Origin: an uncultured Magnetococcales bacterium | GTDB lineage: Bacteria; Pseudomonadota; Alphaproteobacteria; UBA2136; JAPKEQ01 | Assembly: GCA_964015495.1 (NCBI GenBank) | Contig: CAXHDG010000012.1 | Location: forward strand, 943-64,942 | Direction: 5' to 3' | DNA length: 64,000 nucleotides | In this document: positions 9,665-19,084 of the stretch, piece after piece | How positions within the stretch are numbered: position 1 is the stretch's first letter | Layout of the letters: every line of letters starts with the position of its first letter | Made by a program: the position numbers and the translations under genes | The notes under the pieces: model-generated | What the model was told of the DNA's origin: nothing | The model's input: only the letters and a program-made list of their open reading frames with translations | The model's database searches: none

Positions 9665-10784
9665 ACTTGCCCTAACAGCTTTTGCTATTACTGTTGTGAC
9701 GCCAAGCCATGGCCAAACTATTTCTTGGCCAGATACATTTACAGGCCAGCCAGATTTTGAGTTTACGCGCACAGATATTGTAAAAGAAATTCAAGAAAAA
9801 AGACCTGAATCATTCTCAATATTAACAGGAAACCTTGATCGATCTCTAAGTACACAAGGGGTTAACCCCTTCTCCCCTAAAACATCTCAAAACCTTATTG
9901 AGATATATAGTAGATATAACGAGAACGAATCTATTGCTATTGAGCGTAAGAAAAATCCGGTTCCGCAAGCATACGTAGGCTCTAGGCATCAAATTTTCCT
10001 TAGAACAGGTGAAACCTCTGGCGCTAATATTATTTTAAAGGATGGAGAGGTCTTTGCTATGCTGTCTAGCGGCAAAATTCTCCCTATTGAGCTCGCACCC
10101 AACAATACCATTGTGGAATACGTTGCTACAACACAGATTTCAAAAGAAGAAATTATTGACCAAAAATTCCAAGATCTTTTTGCTGGAAAACGCCTGTTTT
10201 CTGATACATCTGTAAACCTAGAAGAAGTTGATAGCAGACTTGCAGGTCTACAAACATATCAAGCAGATGGGCAATTGCCTGATTTTTACACAGATTCTCA
10301 AGGACGCCTTGCTCCCACAGAGTTCAAGCGCTTTTTAGAGAGGCTTTTACGCCAAACGCTACAAAAAGAGCAAAAAAATCTTGGCTTACAAGATTTCTCT
10401 CAAGATATTAAAAAGATCAAAATTGACAGTATTGTAACCTCACCATTTAAGTATGCTGTACTAGACGGTGAAAAATACAGCGAAAAGGAACGCTTTTTCC
10501 TTTCTGTTCAAAGGCCTCAAGGGCAAAACACTAACTTTAGAGCCATTGTAGAGCAATACATACCCCCTAAAGATTCTATGGATGCGGGCATGCACCAATC
10601 TTTCTTAAATGAAGCCAATGGTGTTATTGAGCAATACGAAAGAGAGCTTGGCATAGAAGCAGGCACTGCGACTCGTATGGCAACCCATAAGATAGGGGTA
10701 ACAGTAAAAGAAATTGGCCACAGAAAAGTTATTTTAACAATTGGTGACAGGGATTACCCGCTTAAAATTAACTTGGCTTTATAA
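9639..10784 (+). CDS. Exported protein with PilP/GspB/MshK-like C-terminal beta domain
   Basis: Signal peptide; IKIDSIVTSPFKYAVLDG...VTVKEIGHRKVILTIG pattern, split by an insertion. Confidence 0.45.
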   Translation: MFMTHARFKLALTAFAITVVTPSHGQTISWPDTFTGQPDFEFTRTDIVKEIQEKRPESFSILTGNLDRSLSTQGVNPFSPKTSQNLIEIYSRYNENESIAIERKKNPVPQAYVGSRHQIFLRTGETSGANIILKDGEVFAMLSSGKILPIELAPNNTIVEYVATTQISKEEIIDQKFQDLFAGKRLFSDTSVNLEEVDSRLAGLQTYQADGQLPDFYTDSQGRLAPTEFKRFLERLLRQTLQKEQKNLGLQDFSQDIKKIKIDSIVTSPFKYAVLDGEKYSEKERFFLSVQRPQGQNTNFRAIVEQYIPPKDSMDAGMHQSFLNEANGVIEQYERELGIEAGTATRMATHKIGVTVKEIGHRKVILTIGDRDYPLKINLAL

Positions 10785-10787
10785 GAG

Positions 10788-11546
10788 ATGATGAAAGCAA
10801 AGCACAAAAATAAAATGAAAATATTATGTCAAAAGGGTGGCTTTTCGCCATTCATGTTTGGCGTTCTTGCTGCGCTCTCTATTTTTAGTACCATGCTTGC
10901 TCAATGGGCAAAAGAAGATCTAAAACAGCTACAAAGTGAAAAATTAAAACGCCAACAAGCACACTCTGAAGATATTAAAGAAGCCATTGAAATAGCCATC
11001 CTTTCAGAGAACAGTAATGTTGCTGGAAATAATTACAGCCAAACTTATGATGTTGGCCGCGCACAAGGGTTTCTTTCATCCTCAAACAACACGACACGCG
11101 GTGGAGCTGCCATTCAAATACAAGAAGTTGATAGTAGTCAGGTTCAAGATATTCAAAACAAACGTATTGCGATTAGCTCATCAGATGACACATTTCTGCG
11201 TACTGACGTTGCAGGGCTTGCAACCGAAGATGCTATAGCTGCTTATGACAGCGGCCTTGATGGCGCTCTGGCAACAGTAGATACAGAAGCTTTACGTAAC
11301 CAGCAAGTAAAGCACTCAAGAAAGCTCTTAGAAAAAGAGGCCAGCTTGCTTTATACATTTTTTACAGAAAACAGCAGATTTCCCGCCAATCAAGGCGAGT
11401 ACGATACTGATATAAACGCCTTAACAAATTACAAAGATACTTGGGGAAATGACTTTACCTACACCTATGCAAGCGATACCGAAGCAACATTAGGTTTTAC
11501 CACCCCATGGGGGAAAAGCTTTAACGTTCGTGTGGATATGAACTAA
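10788..11546 (+). CDS. Minor pilin/pseudopilin lacking E5
   Basis: QKGG|FSPFMFGVLAALSIF class III signal; C-terminal RFP...KDTWGNDFTY GspG-like motif. Confidence 0.7.
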   Translation: MMKAKHKNKMKILCQKGGFSPFMFGVLAALSIFSTMLAQWAKEDLKQLQSEKLKRQQAHSEDIKEAIEIAILSENSNVAGNNYSQTYDVGRAQGFLSSSNNTTRGGAAIQIQEVDSSQVQDIQNKRIAISSSDDTFLRTDVAGLATEDAIAAYDSGLDGALATVDTEALRNQQVKHSRKLLEKEASLLYTFFTENSRFPANQGEYDTDINALTNYKDTWGNDFTYTYASDTEATLGFTTPWGKSFNVRVDMN

Positions 11547-11566
11547 GAAAAACAAAGGAAAATAAT

Positions 11567-12475
11567 ATGATACGTGCCATTGCAAAACGCTTAAAAAGCC
11601 AAACAGGTGCTGTTTTTGGTATGGATGCCCGTGTGGCACTTATTATTGCAAGTATTATGGCTGCAACAGGTGGTGTAACCGTACTTTCTCGTGTTGAACG
11701 TAATAAAAACGATGCTGCTGAACGTGGTGTTGATTTACTTGTGAATGCCAACCTGAAGTACTACATCACAACAGGTATTAACACCATATCCCCTGATATT
11801 GCGACCCTATTTACATCTGGTGTTATGGAAGAATCATACCTCCAACAAGATCCATGGGGCAACAACTGGAACTATGTGATTGGCTCGACAAATATTGAAA
11901 TTGAAGATGTGCCTGTCACCATGTGGTACGGTACTATTCATACAAGCGGTAAAGATGGCACAGATGACTCTGTAGCTATTGCATCTTACGCGAACTGGCA
12001 AGTATGGGAAGCCGCTGGTGATGATATTGGTATTAAATTTTCAACCACATCTATTGAAAAAGATCGGGTAGAGCTTTACAGAAAGCAAGGCCAAGAAATT
12101 TCTGACCGTCTCGCAGCTGTAGAAGCTGCATGGTATCTTGATGCAGATGGCGCTTGCACTGGCCCTGCGTGGTGTACAAGTGGTGGTAAATCTTACACAA
12201 ACTTTAGTTACTACCCAATCTCTAGCCTTGATGCCAATGTCAACATACAATATTTTGATGCTGTTTGTACCGACACCGATATTGCAGGGACAACCAGCGC
12301 CTGTAATGATGTGACATACATAAGCGGGAACCAAGGCTCAATGGAAGCGCTATTAAACTTGCTTAACCTGCCCATTAGCTATGCAACAGACCCTTGGAAT
12401 CGCACTTTAAGGTATAACTCAAACCTAACTGACCGCGAAGATCCACCATTTAGCGCTCAGGTTTGGTATCAATAA
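11567..12475 (+). CDS. Minor pilin, paralogue of the 4505 pilin
   Basis: KSQTGAVFGMDARVALII signal; QDPWGNNWNY, SGKDG and TDPWNRTLRY GspG-like motifs; four Cys. Confidence 0.75.
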   Translation: MIRAIAKRLKSQTGAVFGMDARVALIIASIMAATGGVTVLSRVERNKNDAAERGVDLLVNANLKYYITTGINTISPDIATLFTSGVMEESYLQQDPWGNNWNYVIGSTNIEIEDVPVTMWYGTIHTSGKDGTDDSVAIASYANWQVWEAAGDDIGIKFSTTSIEKDRVELYRKQGQEISDRLAAVEAAWYLDADGACTGPAWCTSGGKSYTNFSYYPISSLDANVNIQYFDAVCTDTDIAGTTSACNDVTYISGNQGSMEALLNLLNLPISYATDPWNRTLRYNSNLTDREDPPFSAQVWYQ

Positions 12476-12478
12476 ACA

Positions 12479-13090
12479 GTGTTTGCATTTGAAAGACAGT
12501 TTCTCACAGAGGATGATATTTCTGAGGGGTTAATCCCAGAAAAGTTCCATATTATCCTTACAGGACTGTTTTTTATTATCTTTGGCGCATTGAGCCTTGC
12601 AAGCATAGCAACAGCAATAGAGTGCCTTTTTTGGGGGATATCAAGCCTGGTTTTAGCAAGACTTATTGCCCTAGACCTTACAAACCATACACTCCCCAAC
12701 ATTTATATTGCTCCTCTATGTTGCTTTGCACTTATTGGCAGCCTTACAGGCATGCTCCCAATTATATGGCAAGATGCTCTCTTTGGAGGCGCTATCGCAT
12801 TTTCAAGTGTTCTTGCTCTTAGTTTTCTTATTGAGCTTTTATTAAAATCTGCCTTTCTTGGCGGAGGGGATATAAAATTCATCGGCGCATCAGGCCTTTG
12901 GCTCGGTTGGGGGCTTTTACCTTTTTACATGATGGTTGCCTGCTTTTTCACAATTATCATTTCTTTCCTGCCCAGTAAAAACAATCACATCGCCTTTGGC
13001 CCAGGGCTTTGCTTCTCTTTATGGCTGTTTTTGCATCAAAAAACTTACTTGATGGTCTTGATAAACAAGGCATTTGCCTTTATATCTTGA
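12479..13090 (+). CDS. Prepilin peptidase A24 without N-terminal methyltransferase domain
   Basis: Catalytic ALDLTNHTLPN and LGGGDIKF, C-terminal IAFGPGL; no CxxC Zn motifs; 203 aa. Confidence 0.88.
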   Translation: MFAFERQFLTEDDISEGLIPEKFHIILTGLFFIIFGALSLASIATAIECLFWGISSLVLARLIALDLTNHTLPNIYIAPLCCFALIGSLTGMLPIIWQDALFGGAIAFSSVLALSFLIELLLKSAFLGGGDIKFIGASGLWLGWGLLPFYMMVACFFTIIISFLPSKNNHIAFGPGLCFSLWLFLHQKTYLMVLINKAFAFIS

Positions 13091-13093
13091 AGT

Positions 13094-13639
13094 ATGACCG
13101 AAATATGTGCCCATCCAGATTGCGAGCTTGAAGGAACTTTTCCTGCCCCTAGAGACCCTAGCAACATATCTGCGCGTCAGTATTTCTGCGAAAAGCACAT
13201 CAAGGAATTCAATAAAAATTGGAATGGTCTCAAAGGCTTTAGCAGCGATGACCTCTACACCTTACAGTCCGGTGCCACCTGGGGACGCCCAACGTGGAAA
13301 ATGGGTGTAAACACAGAATCCTACAAAAAGGCAACCCTTGCAGCCGATAAGAGTTACAAAAACCCATACACCCTATTTGGTGATATGGATGAAGACCAAG
13401 CAACCACGACATTCACACCTAAAATGCCAAAAAGAATTACTGAAGCCTGCGAAACATTAGGCATAGAGCCACCACTCACGCCTCACATTATCAAAAAGCG
13501 CTTCACAGTTCTTGCTAAGAAGTTTCACCCCGATATTTACACAGGGGATGATGCTGCCGAACGTATGGGTATTATTAATGATGCCTATACAACACTTAAA
13601 GACTACCTTAAACGCCAAGAAGTAGAAACTAAAGGCTAG
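13094..13639 (+). CDS. J-domain protein with N-terminal Cys/His Zn-finger-like region
   Basis: CAHPDC...FPAP...FCEKH..EFNKNWN, WGRPTW, C-terminal LAKKFHPD...INDAY. Confidence 0.85.
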   Translation: MTEICAHPDCELEGTFPAPRDPSNISARQYFCEKHIKEFNKNWNGLKGFSSDDLYTLQSGATWGRPTWKMGVNTESYKKATLAADKSYKNPYTLFGDMDEDQATTTFTPKMPKRITEACETLGIEPPLTPHIIKKRFTVLAKKFHPDIYTGDDAAERMGIINDAYTTLKDYLKRQEVETKG

Positions 13640-14337
13640 AGGCTAAAGAAACGCTCTACTGCTGCCATATCCCCACGCTCTAAGTAACTTAAAACAACTT
13701 GCTGTTTCGTTAAAACTTGCATGCGGTGCTCTTCAACAGCCATGCGCTTAACGCAGTAACTATAGGTTTGAGAAAGCAGCTGCTCTAAAACCTGTGCTAA
13801 AACAGCGTTTCCAGATTCCTTTGCAAGAGAAACCCTCCAGCCATGTTCTTTTTCCACTAATTTTTCAGGAGAATCGGTCAAGAAAATCTCATGAGAAATT
13901 ATAAGATTCAGCAAGTTCCGAGGCGACTTTTTAAGCGGAAGATAAGCTGTATAAACAAGCCCCTTAATAACTCTCAAAGCATCTTCATAGTCATTTTCTG
14001 CAAGGCCTGAAACCTTCAATGTAGCCGTTTCTTTAGGTATCAGAGGCCGGGAAGCTTTAACGAAAGAGCCGCGCCCAGGAGAAACATCTAAATATCCATG
14101 CGCTCTTAAAATTTGCATAGACTCCCGCAAAGTAGATCTGCTCACAGAAAAATACTTACATAACTGATGCTCTGTTGGAAGCTTATCCCCAACCTTTAAT
14201 GCCCCCGTCGCAATCATACCCTTAAAATGTTCTGCCATAGATTCAGAAAGACGCATGCCTGGATTTTCATTTACAGGTTCCAAGAAAAGATTTTCTGAGG
14301 CTTTTCCATTCCGTGTAGGAGAGATGTGCGGTTCCAT
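13636..14337 (-). CDS. GntR (FadR-like) transcriptional regulator
   Basis: LKVGDKLPTEHQLCKYFSVSRSTLRES...PGRGSFV winged HTH. Confidence 0.88.
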   Translation of the reverse strand: MEPHISPTRNGKASENLFLEPVNENPGMRLSESMAEHFKGMIATGALKVGDKLPTEHQLCKYFSVSRSTLRESMQILRAHGYLDVSPGRGSFVKASRPLIPKETATLKVSGLAENDYEDALRVIKGLVYTAYLPLKKSPRNLLNLIISHEIFLTDSPEKLVEKEHGWRVSLAKESGNAVLAQVLEQLLSQTYSYCVKRMAVEEHRMQVLTKQQVVLSYLERGDMAAVERFFSL

Positions 14338-14423
14338 ATAAGCATCCTATGTTTTTGTACTACTTTAAATATCTAAACATCAGACTAGCACAACCTAAAA
14401 TAGAATCAAACAAAAATTTAAAC

Positions 14424-15227
14424 TTATAAAGAAAGCTCCTTTGAGCGATCCCTTGCATGCAACAGCGCATCAAAAACAATCCTATCGAATTGATTTTTAT
14501 TAAAAACATTCAAAGCAGCCTCTGTTGTGCCCCCTTTGCTTATCACCTCCTCTTTAAGTTGCAAAGGATATTTTCCACACTGCATTTGCTTCACCGCAAG
14601 GCTGCCTGCCCCCCTCGCTGTCTCGCAAGCAAGCTCTCTTGCAAGATTTTCAGGAAGCCCTAAAGCCTCTCCAGCCTTTATCATGTAATCCATAAGAGCA
14701 AAGAAGTATGCCGGCCCACTTCCAGACACTGCGGTTACGGCATGCATTTGCGCCTCGTCCTGCACCCAAAAAACTTTTCCAACAGCTTTTAGCACATCCT
14801 CGCAAAAAAGCTTTGTCGCTTTAGGGCAGTTTTTATCACTCACTAAAACGCTCACCCCCATACCAATGGCGGCTGGCGTATTTGGCATAGCCCGCACTAC
14901 ATGAGCGCCCTCTTGCATATAATTTACTATTTGTTTTCGCTCAACGCCTGCCATAATAGAAAGCGCAACGCCTTCTGGTTTCAGAATACCAGAAAGGTCC
15001 CCGTATATCTTTTCTGCAATTTGCGGCTTTACAGCAAGAATAACCATATCGAATTTTTGCTGAATATCCTTTGCACCCTTATATAAAGTTACCCCATCTA
15101 CAGGGCTGCCCTGCTCATAAAAATACGGGTCAACAGCTTCAATTTCATAAAGCCCTGTTTTCTCAAGCAAACCACTGGCTATGGCTTGACCCATATTGCC
15201 AAACCCAAAAAATAAAATCTTTTTCAT
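14424..15227 (-). CDS. proC: Pyrroline-5-carboxylate reductase
   Basis: GFGNMG, LAVKPQ, RAMPNTP, AVSGSGPAY, SKGGTT. Start trimmed to MKKILF. Confidence 0.96.
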   Translation of the reverse strand: MKKILFFGFGNMGQAIASGLLEKTGLYEIEAVDPYFYEQGSPVDGVTLYKGAKDIQQKFDMVILAVKPQIAEKIYGDLSGILKPEGVALSIMAGVERKQIVNYMQEGAHVVRAMPNTPAAIGMGVSVLVSDKNCPKATKLFCEDVLKAVGKVFWVQDEAQMHAVTAVSGSGPAYFFALMDYMIKAGEALGLPENLARELACETARGAGSLAVKQMQCGKYPLQLKEEVISKGGTTEAALNVFNKNQFDRIVFDALLHARDRSKELSL

Positions 15228-15376
15228 ATACCTATTCTTTCTCATATAAACACTCATCAGTGTGCAAACAGAATGATGAACTGTCCAGTGTTAATGGTTT
15301 TCGCGCAAAACCTCTGTTTTCAAAACATCACTTTTGGGGTACTCTACCCCTAAATTTACGAAGGAAAGAAACGTTT

Positions 15377-16369
15377 ATGTATATCGTAACTGGCGCAGCA
15401 GGCTTTATTGGCTCTGTCATTGTAGAAGCTCTTAACCGTGAAAAGCCAAACACACCCGTTGTTGTGTGCGACTGGCTAGATACAGATGACCGCTGGAAAA
15501 ACATTGGTAAACGCGTCGTTCATGATATTGTTGCCCCAGAAGACCTGGGTAATTTCCTGATTCAAAATGAAAAAGAAATTACAGCAATTATCCACATGGG
15601 CGCAGATAGCAGCACAACAACAACGGATATGGACGCCATTACTCAAATGAATATCCGTCCGACACTTGATCTGTTTGATTGGTGTGCAAGACGCAACGTG
15701 CCTTACATTTACGCCTCTTCAGCTGCTACATACGGTGATGGCAGCAAAGGATTTGAAGATAATAATGACCTTTCAGAACTTCTAAAGCTTGCACCGCTTA
15801 ATGGCTACGGCTACAGCAAACACATGTGCGATAAAGCAATTGTGACACGTAAAAGCCAACCTAAACAGTGGGTCGGTCTCAAGTTCTTTAACGTGTATGG
15901 CCCTAACGAGTACCACAAGGAGCGCATGCAAAGTGTTGTGGCGCACTCTTTTAGACAAATTAAAGAAAATGGCAAAGTTGAGCTATTTAAATCCTACAAA
16001 GAAGGCTTTGCCCATGGCGGCCAATCTCGTGACTTTATCTACGTCAAAGATATTGCGAACCTGATTATCTGGTTCCTTGATAACCCAAAGGTAAGCGGCA
16101 TCTTTAACATTGGTACAGGTGAAGCCCGTAGCTTTAAAGACCTTGCGCTTGCAACATTTACAGCATTAGATAAAAAGCCAAACATTAAGTACATCGAAAT
16201 GCCAGAAGACCTGCAAGGTAAATACCAGTACTACACAGAAGCTGGCATGGATCACCTGCAAAGCGTTTATACAAAGATCATGGGTAAAGCGTACACATTC
16301 CACTCACTTGAAGAAGGTGTGACAGACTACGTCCAAAACCACCTTGACCAAGCAGATCCATACCTATAA
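15377..16369 (+). CDS. rfaD: ADP-L-glycero-D-manno-heptose 6-epimerase
   Basis: IVTGAAGFIGS, YASSAATYG, PLNGYGYSK, FFNVYGPNEYHK, YQYYTEA. Start trimmed. Confidence 0.95.
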   Translation: MYIVTGAAGFIGSVIVEALNREKPNTPVVVCDWLDTDDRWKNIGKRVVHDIVAPEDLGNFLIQNEKEITAIIHMGADSSTTTTDMDAITQMNIRPTLDLFDWCARRNVPYIYASSAATYGDGSKGFEDNNDLSELLKLAPLNGYGYSKHMCDKAIVTRKSQPKQWVGLKFFNVYGPNEYHKERMQSVVAHSFRQIKENGKVELFKSYKEGFAHGGQSRDFIYVKDIANLIIWFLDNPKVSGIFNIGTGEARSFKDLALATFTALDKKPNIKYIEMPEDLQGKYQYYTEAGMDHLQSVYTKIMGKAYTFHSLEEGVTDYVQNHLDQADPYL

Positions 16370-16383
16370 GGATATCAACTCAT

Positions 16384-17196
16384 ATGATCCCATTTCCGCA
16401 TATAGACCCTGTTGCTCTTTATATTGGCCCCCTTCCACTCAGATGGTACGGGCTGGCTTATGTGGCAGGTTTTATTTTAGGGCTCTACGCCTTTAAACAC
16501 CTCTGCAAAACCATGAAAGGCTCAAAGCTCACAAGTAAACATGTAGATGATTACTTTGTATGGATTATTATCGGAGTTATTCTTGGCGGCAGACTTGGGT
16601 ATGTTTTCTTCTACAACTTTAGTTATTATATAGAACATCCTATGCAAATTTTACAAACGTGGCATGGCGGCATGTCATTCCATGGCGGCGTACTTGGCTG
16701 TATTTTAGCTACAGTGCTTTTTGCATGGAAAAAAGGCCTCGAAATCCATCAACTTTCAGATAAACTTGCTGTTGTTGTGCCTATCGGTCTATTCTTTGGA
16801 CGCATTGCGAATTTTATAAACGCAGAGCTGTACGGTCGTCCAACAGACCTGCCTTGGGGCATGGTTTTCCCAACAGCTGATGACCTACCAAGACACCCCT
16901 CTCAGCTATACGAAGCAGGGCTAGAAGGCCTTGTTTTATTTATCATTTTATTTGCAATGGCGCGCAAAAATCCGCGCCCTTGGGCACTCACAGGAACTTT
17001 CCTTATGGGTTACGGTATCTTTCGTTTCTTTATTGAGTATGCTCGCATGCCAGATACTCACCTACAAGACGGCATATTTACAACAATAACCATGGGGCAA
17101 ATTTTATGCTTGCCAATGGTTATTTTAGGTGTATACTATTTATTCATACACAGAGGTAGTGCCTCTATTACAACAAAAAAACAAACAATTAAATAG
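16384..17196 (+). CDS. lgt: Prolipoprotein diacylglyceryl transferase
   Basis: RWYGLAY, GGRLGYV, GGMSFHGG, GRIANFINAELYGR, RHPSQLYE. Confidence 0.98.
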   Translation: MIPFPHIDPVALYIGPLPLRWYGLAYVAGFILGLYAFKHLCKTMKGSKLTSKHVDDYFVWIIIGVILGGRLGYVFFYNFSYYIEHPMQILQTWHGGMSFHGGVLGCILATVLFAWKKGLEIHQLSDKLAVVVPIGLFFGRIANFINAELYGRPTDLPWGMVFPTADDLPRHPSQLYEAGLEGLVLFIILFAMARKNPRPWALTGTFLMGYGIFRFFIEYARMPDTHLQDGIFTTITMGQILCLPMVILGVYYLFIHRGSASITTKKQTIK

Positions 17197-17251
17197 GGAC
17201 GCAAACGCTTTCTGTGGTGAGTGCAATTTGTAAAATGAATAGGCAAAAACC

Positions 17252-18301
17252 ATGATGAAAGATTTGATTATACAGCGCATTAAGGACCGCGGTCCCCTTA
17301 ATGTTGCGGATTACATGTCCCTTTGTCTCTACGAGCCCAATCACGGCTACTACATGACACGCGATCCTTTCGGCAATGCAGGCGATTTTACTACAGCACC
17401 TGAGATGACTCAGCTGTTTGGTGAAATGATAGGCATTTGGGTCATTGACCTATGGCAAAAACTGGGATGCCCAGAACCTTTCCACCTTGTAGAAGCAGGC
17501 CCTGGCCGCGGCACACTCATGAAAGATGTTTTACGCACACTTCAAAAAGTGCGCAGTACATGTTACGCAAACGCCAAAGTACACCTTGTTGAGATTAGCC
17601 CGCACCTGAAGTCTATTCAAATGGATACACTTGACGATCATGATGACGTGGCATGGACAAGCAACATTGAAGATATTGATTTTGATGCGCCCGTGATCCT
17701 CATTGGTAATGAAGTATTAGACGCCTTCCCTGTTCGCCAATTCCAAAAAACAGAAGATGGCTACAAAGAACGCATTATCGAACTTAATGAAAATAAGCTT
17801 TCTTACGCAACAAGTGATAGGTCTTACACCTTCCATAATACAGACGCAGACTTTATTGAAACTTACGACGCTATGGAAAAATTCATCCGCAGTGTTAAGC
17901 GTTCTATCAAAAAAGGCGCAGCCCTCTTTATTGACTACGGGGCAATGAGCGGCCATGCAGATACGCTGCAAGCTCTTTCTAAACACCAAACCGTTGACGT
18001 TCTTGATAACCCTGGCGGCGCAGACCTAACGACCCACGTAAACTTTGGTTTTGTCTCTGATATCTTTGGATCTAACACCCTTGGCCCAACAGATTTAGGA
18101 TACTTCCTTACCCAAATGGGGCTGCCGATTCGCGCTGCAACGCTTCTGGAAAATACTGAAGGTACAGAACGTGAAAACTTACAGGCTGCAATACACAGAC
18201 TGATGCACCCTAGCCAAATGGGAAGCCTCTTTAAAGTCCTTTGCTGGCGCACACAGGGCGTCCCGGACCCGGCAGGTTTTCAGAATACCTTCTTCCAATA
18301 A
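17252..18301 (+). CDS. MidA/NDUFAF7-family SAM-dependent methyltransferase
   Basis: GYY...GDFTTAPE...FGEMIG, EAGPGRGTL, NEVLDAFP, IDYG, DLTTHVNF, MGSLFKV. Confidence 0.93.
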   Translation: MMKDLIIQRIKDRGPLNVADYMSLCLYEPNHGYYMTRDPFGNAGDFTTAPEMTQLFGEMIGIWVIDLWQKLGCPEPFHLVEAGPGRGTLMKDVLRTLQKVRSTCYANAKVHLVEISPHLKSIQMDTLDDHDDVAWTSNIEDIDFDAPVILIGNEVLDAFPVRQFQKTEDGYKERIIELNENKLSYATSDRSYTFHNTDADFIETYDAMEKFIRSVKRSIKKGAALFIDYGAMSGHADTLQALSKHQTVDVLDNPGGADLTTHVNFGFVSDIFGSNTLGPTDLGYFLTQMGLPIRAATLLENTEGTERENLQAAIHRLMHPSQMGSLFKVLCWRTQGVPDPAGFQNTFFQ

Positions 18302-18357
18302 GGAAAGCTTTGTGGCACACTGCCCTCTCAAATAACTGGAGAGAAAGTAGGGTTTTT

Positions 18358-19035
18358 ATGAAGTTTATTGAAGCGGACATTCCATTTCCATATGCAGATC
18401 ATGCCTTTGGTACAAAAGAAGGCAGCCATGACAATGTGGAAGAAACAATCCGTGATTACACCGAGCTTCTCGGCCCCATCGCCCATATGCGCCAAGTTCA
18501 TGGCGACCGTATTGTTTATGCGGGCGAACCACGTGTTTACCCTGAAGCAGATGCACTTGTAACTGACCGCCCAGACCTTTGGCTTGCGGTAAAAACAGCA
18601 GATTGCGTGCCCGTACTTCTCAGCTGCCCACAAGCTGTTGCGGCAGTTCACTGCGGATGGCGCGGCCTGCAGCAAGATATTCTCAAAAAGACAATTGATG
18701 TTCTTCAAAATGATCTTGGGGTACGCACCGCAGATATGCACATGCTCATTGGCCCGTGCATCCGCCAACATAACTACGAAGTTGAAGATGAATTCCGAAA
18801 ACACTTCCCTGAAAAGTTCTTTAGAGCCTCAGATAAAGAAGGCCATAGCCGCCTTGATATTGCAGGCGTTGCTGCTTGGCAGGCCACAAGGGCAGGCCTG
18901 ATTGACCTTAACGTGCATGACACGCGTCATTGTACCTTTGATAAGGTTGATACATTTAACTCTCATCGCCGCACCAAAGAATCTGGCAATGAAGATTACA
19001 ACGTTCAGCTCTCTCTCATAAAAAGACAAAGCTAG
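18358..19035 (+). CDS. pgeF: Peptidoglycan editing factor / purine nucleoside phosphorylase YfiH family
   Basis: QVHG, ADALVT, TADCVPVL, HCGWRG, IGPCI, SHRR. Start trimmed to MKFIE. Confidence 0.9.
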   Translation: MKFIEADIPFPYADHAFGTKEGSHDNVEETIRDYTELLGPIAHMRQVHGDRIVYAGEPRVYPEADALVTDRPDLWLAVKTADCVPVLLSCPQAVAAVHCGWRGLQQDILKKTIDVLQNDLGVRTADMHMLIGPCIRQHNYEVEDEFRKHFPEKFFRASDKEGHSRLDIAGVAAWQATRAGLIDLNVHDTRHCTFDKVDTFNSHRRTKESGNEDYNVQLSLIKRQS

Positions 19036-19042
19036 CTTAAAT

Positions 19043-19070
19043 AAAAAGCCGCCAAGTTGGCGGCTTTTTT
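19043..19070. terminator. Bidirectional terminator between pgeF and zupT
   Basis: AAAAAGCCGCCAA-G-TTGGCGGCTTTTTT between convergent genes. Confidence 0.85.
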
Positions 19071-19084
19071 AGAGTTCAATTTTC

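Noticed and set aside
15071-15376. Extended starts for rfaD, and likewise pgeF, the 52450 ORF and the 56434 ORF
   Set aside because: They overlap neighbouring genes; downstream ATGs match the family N-termini or a signal peptide.
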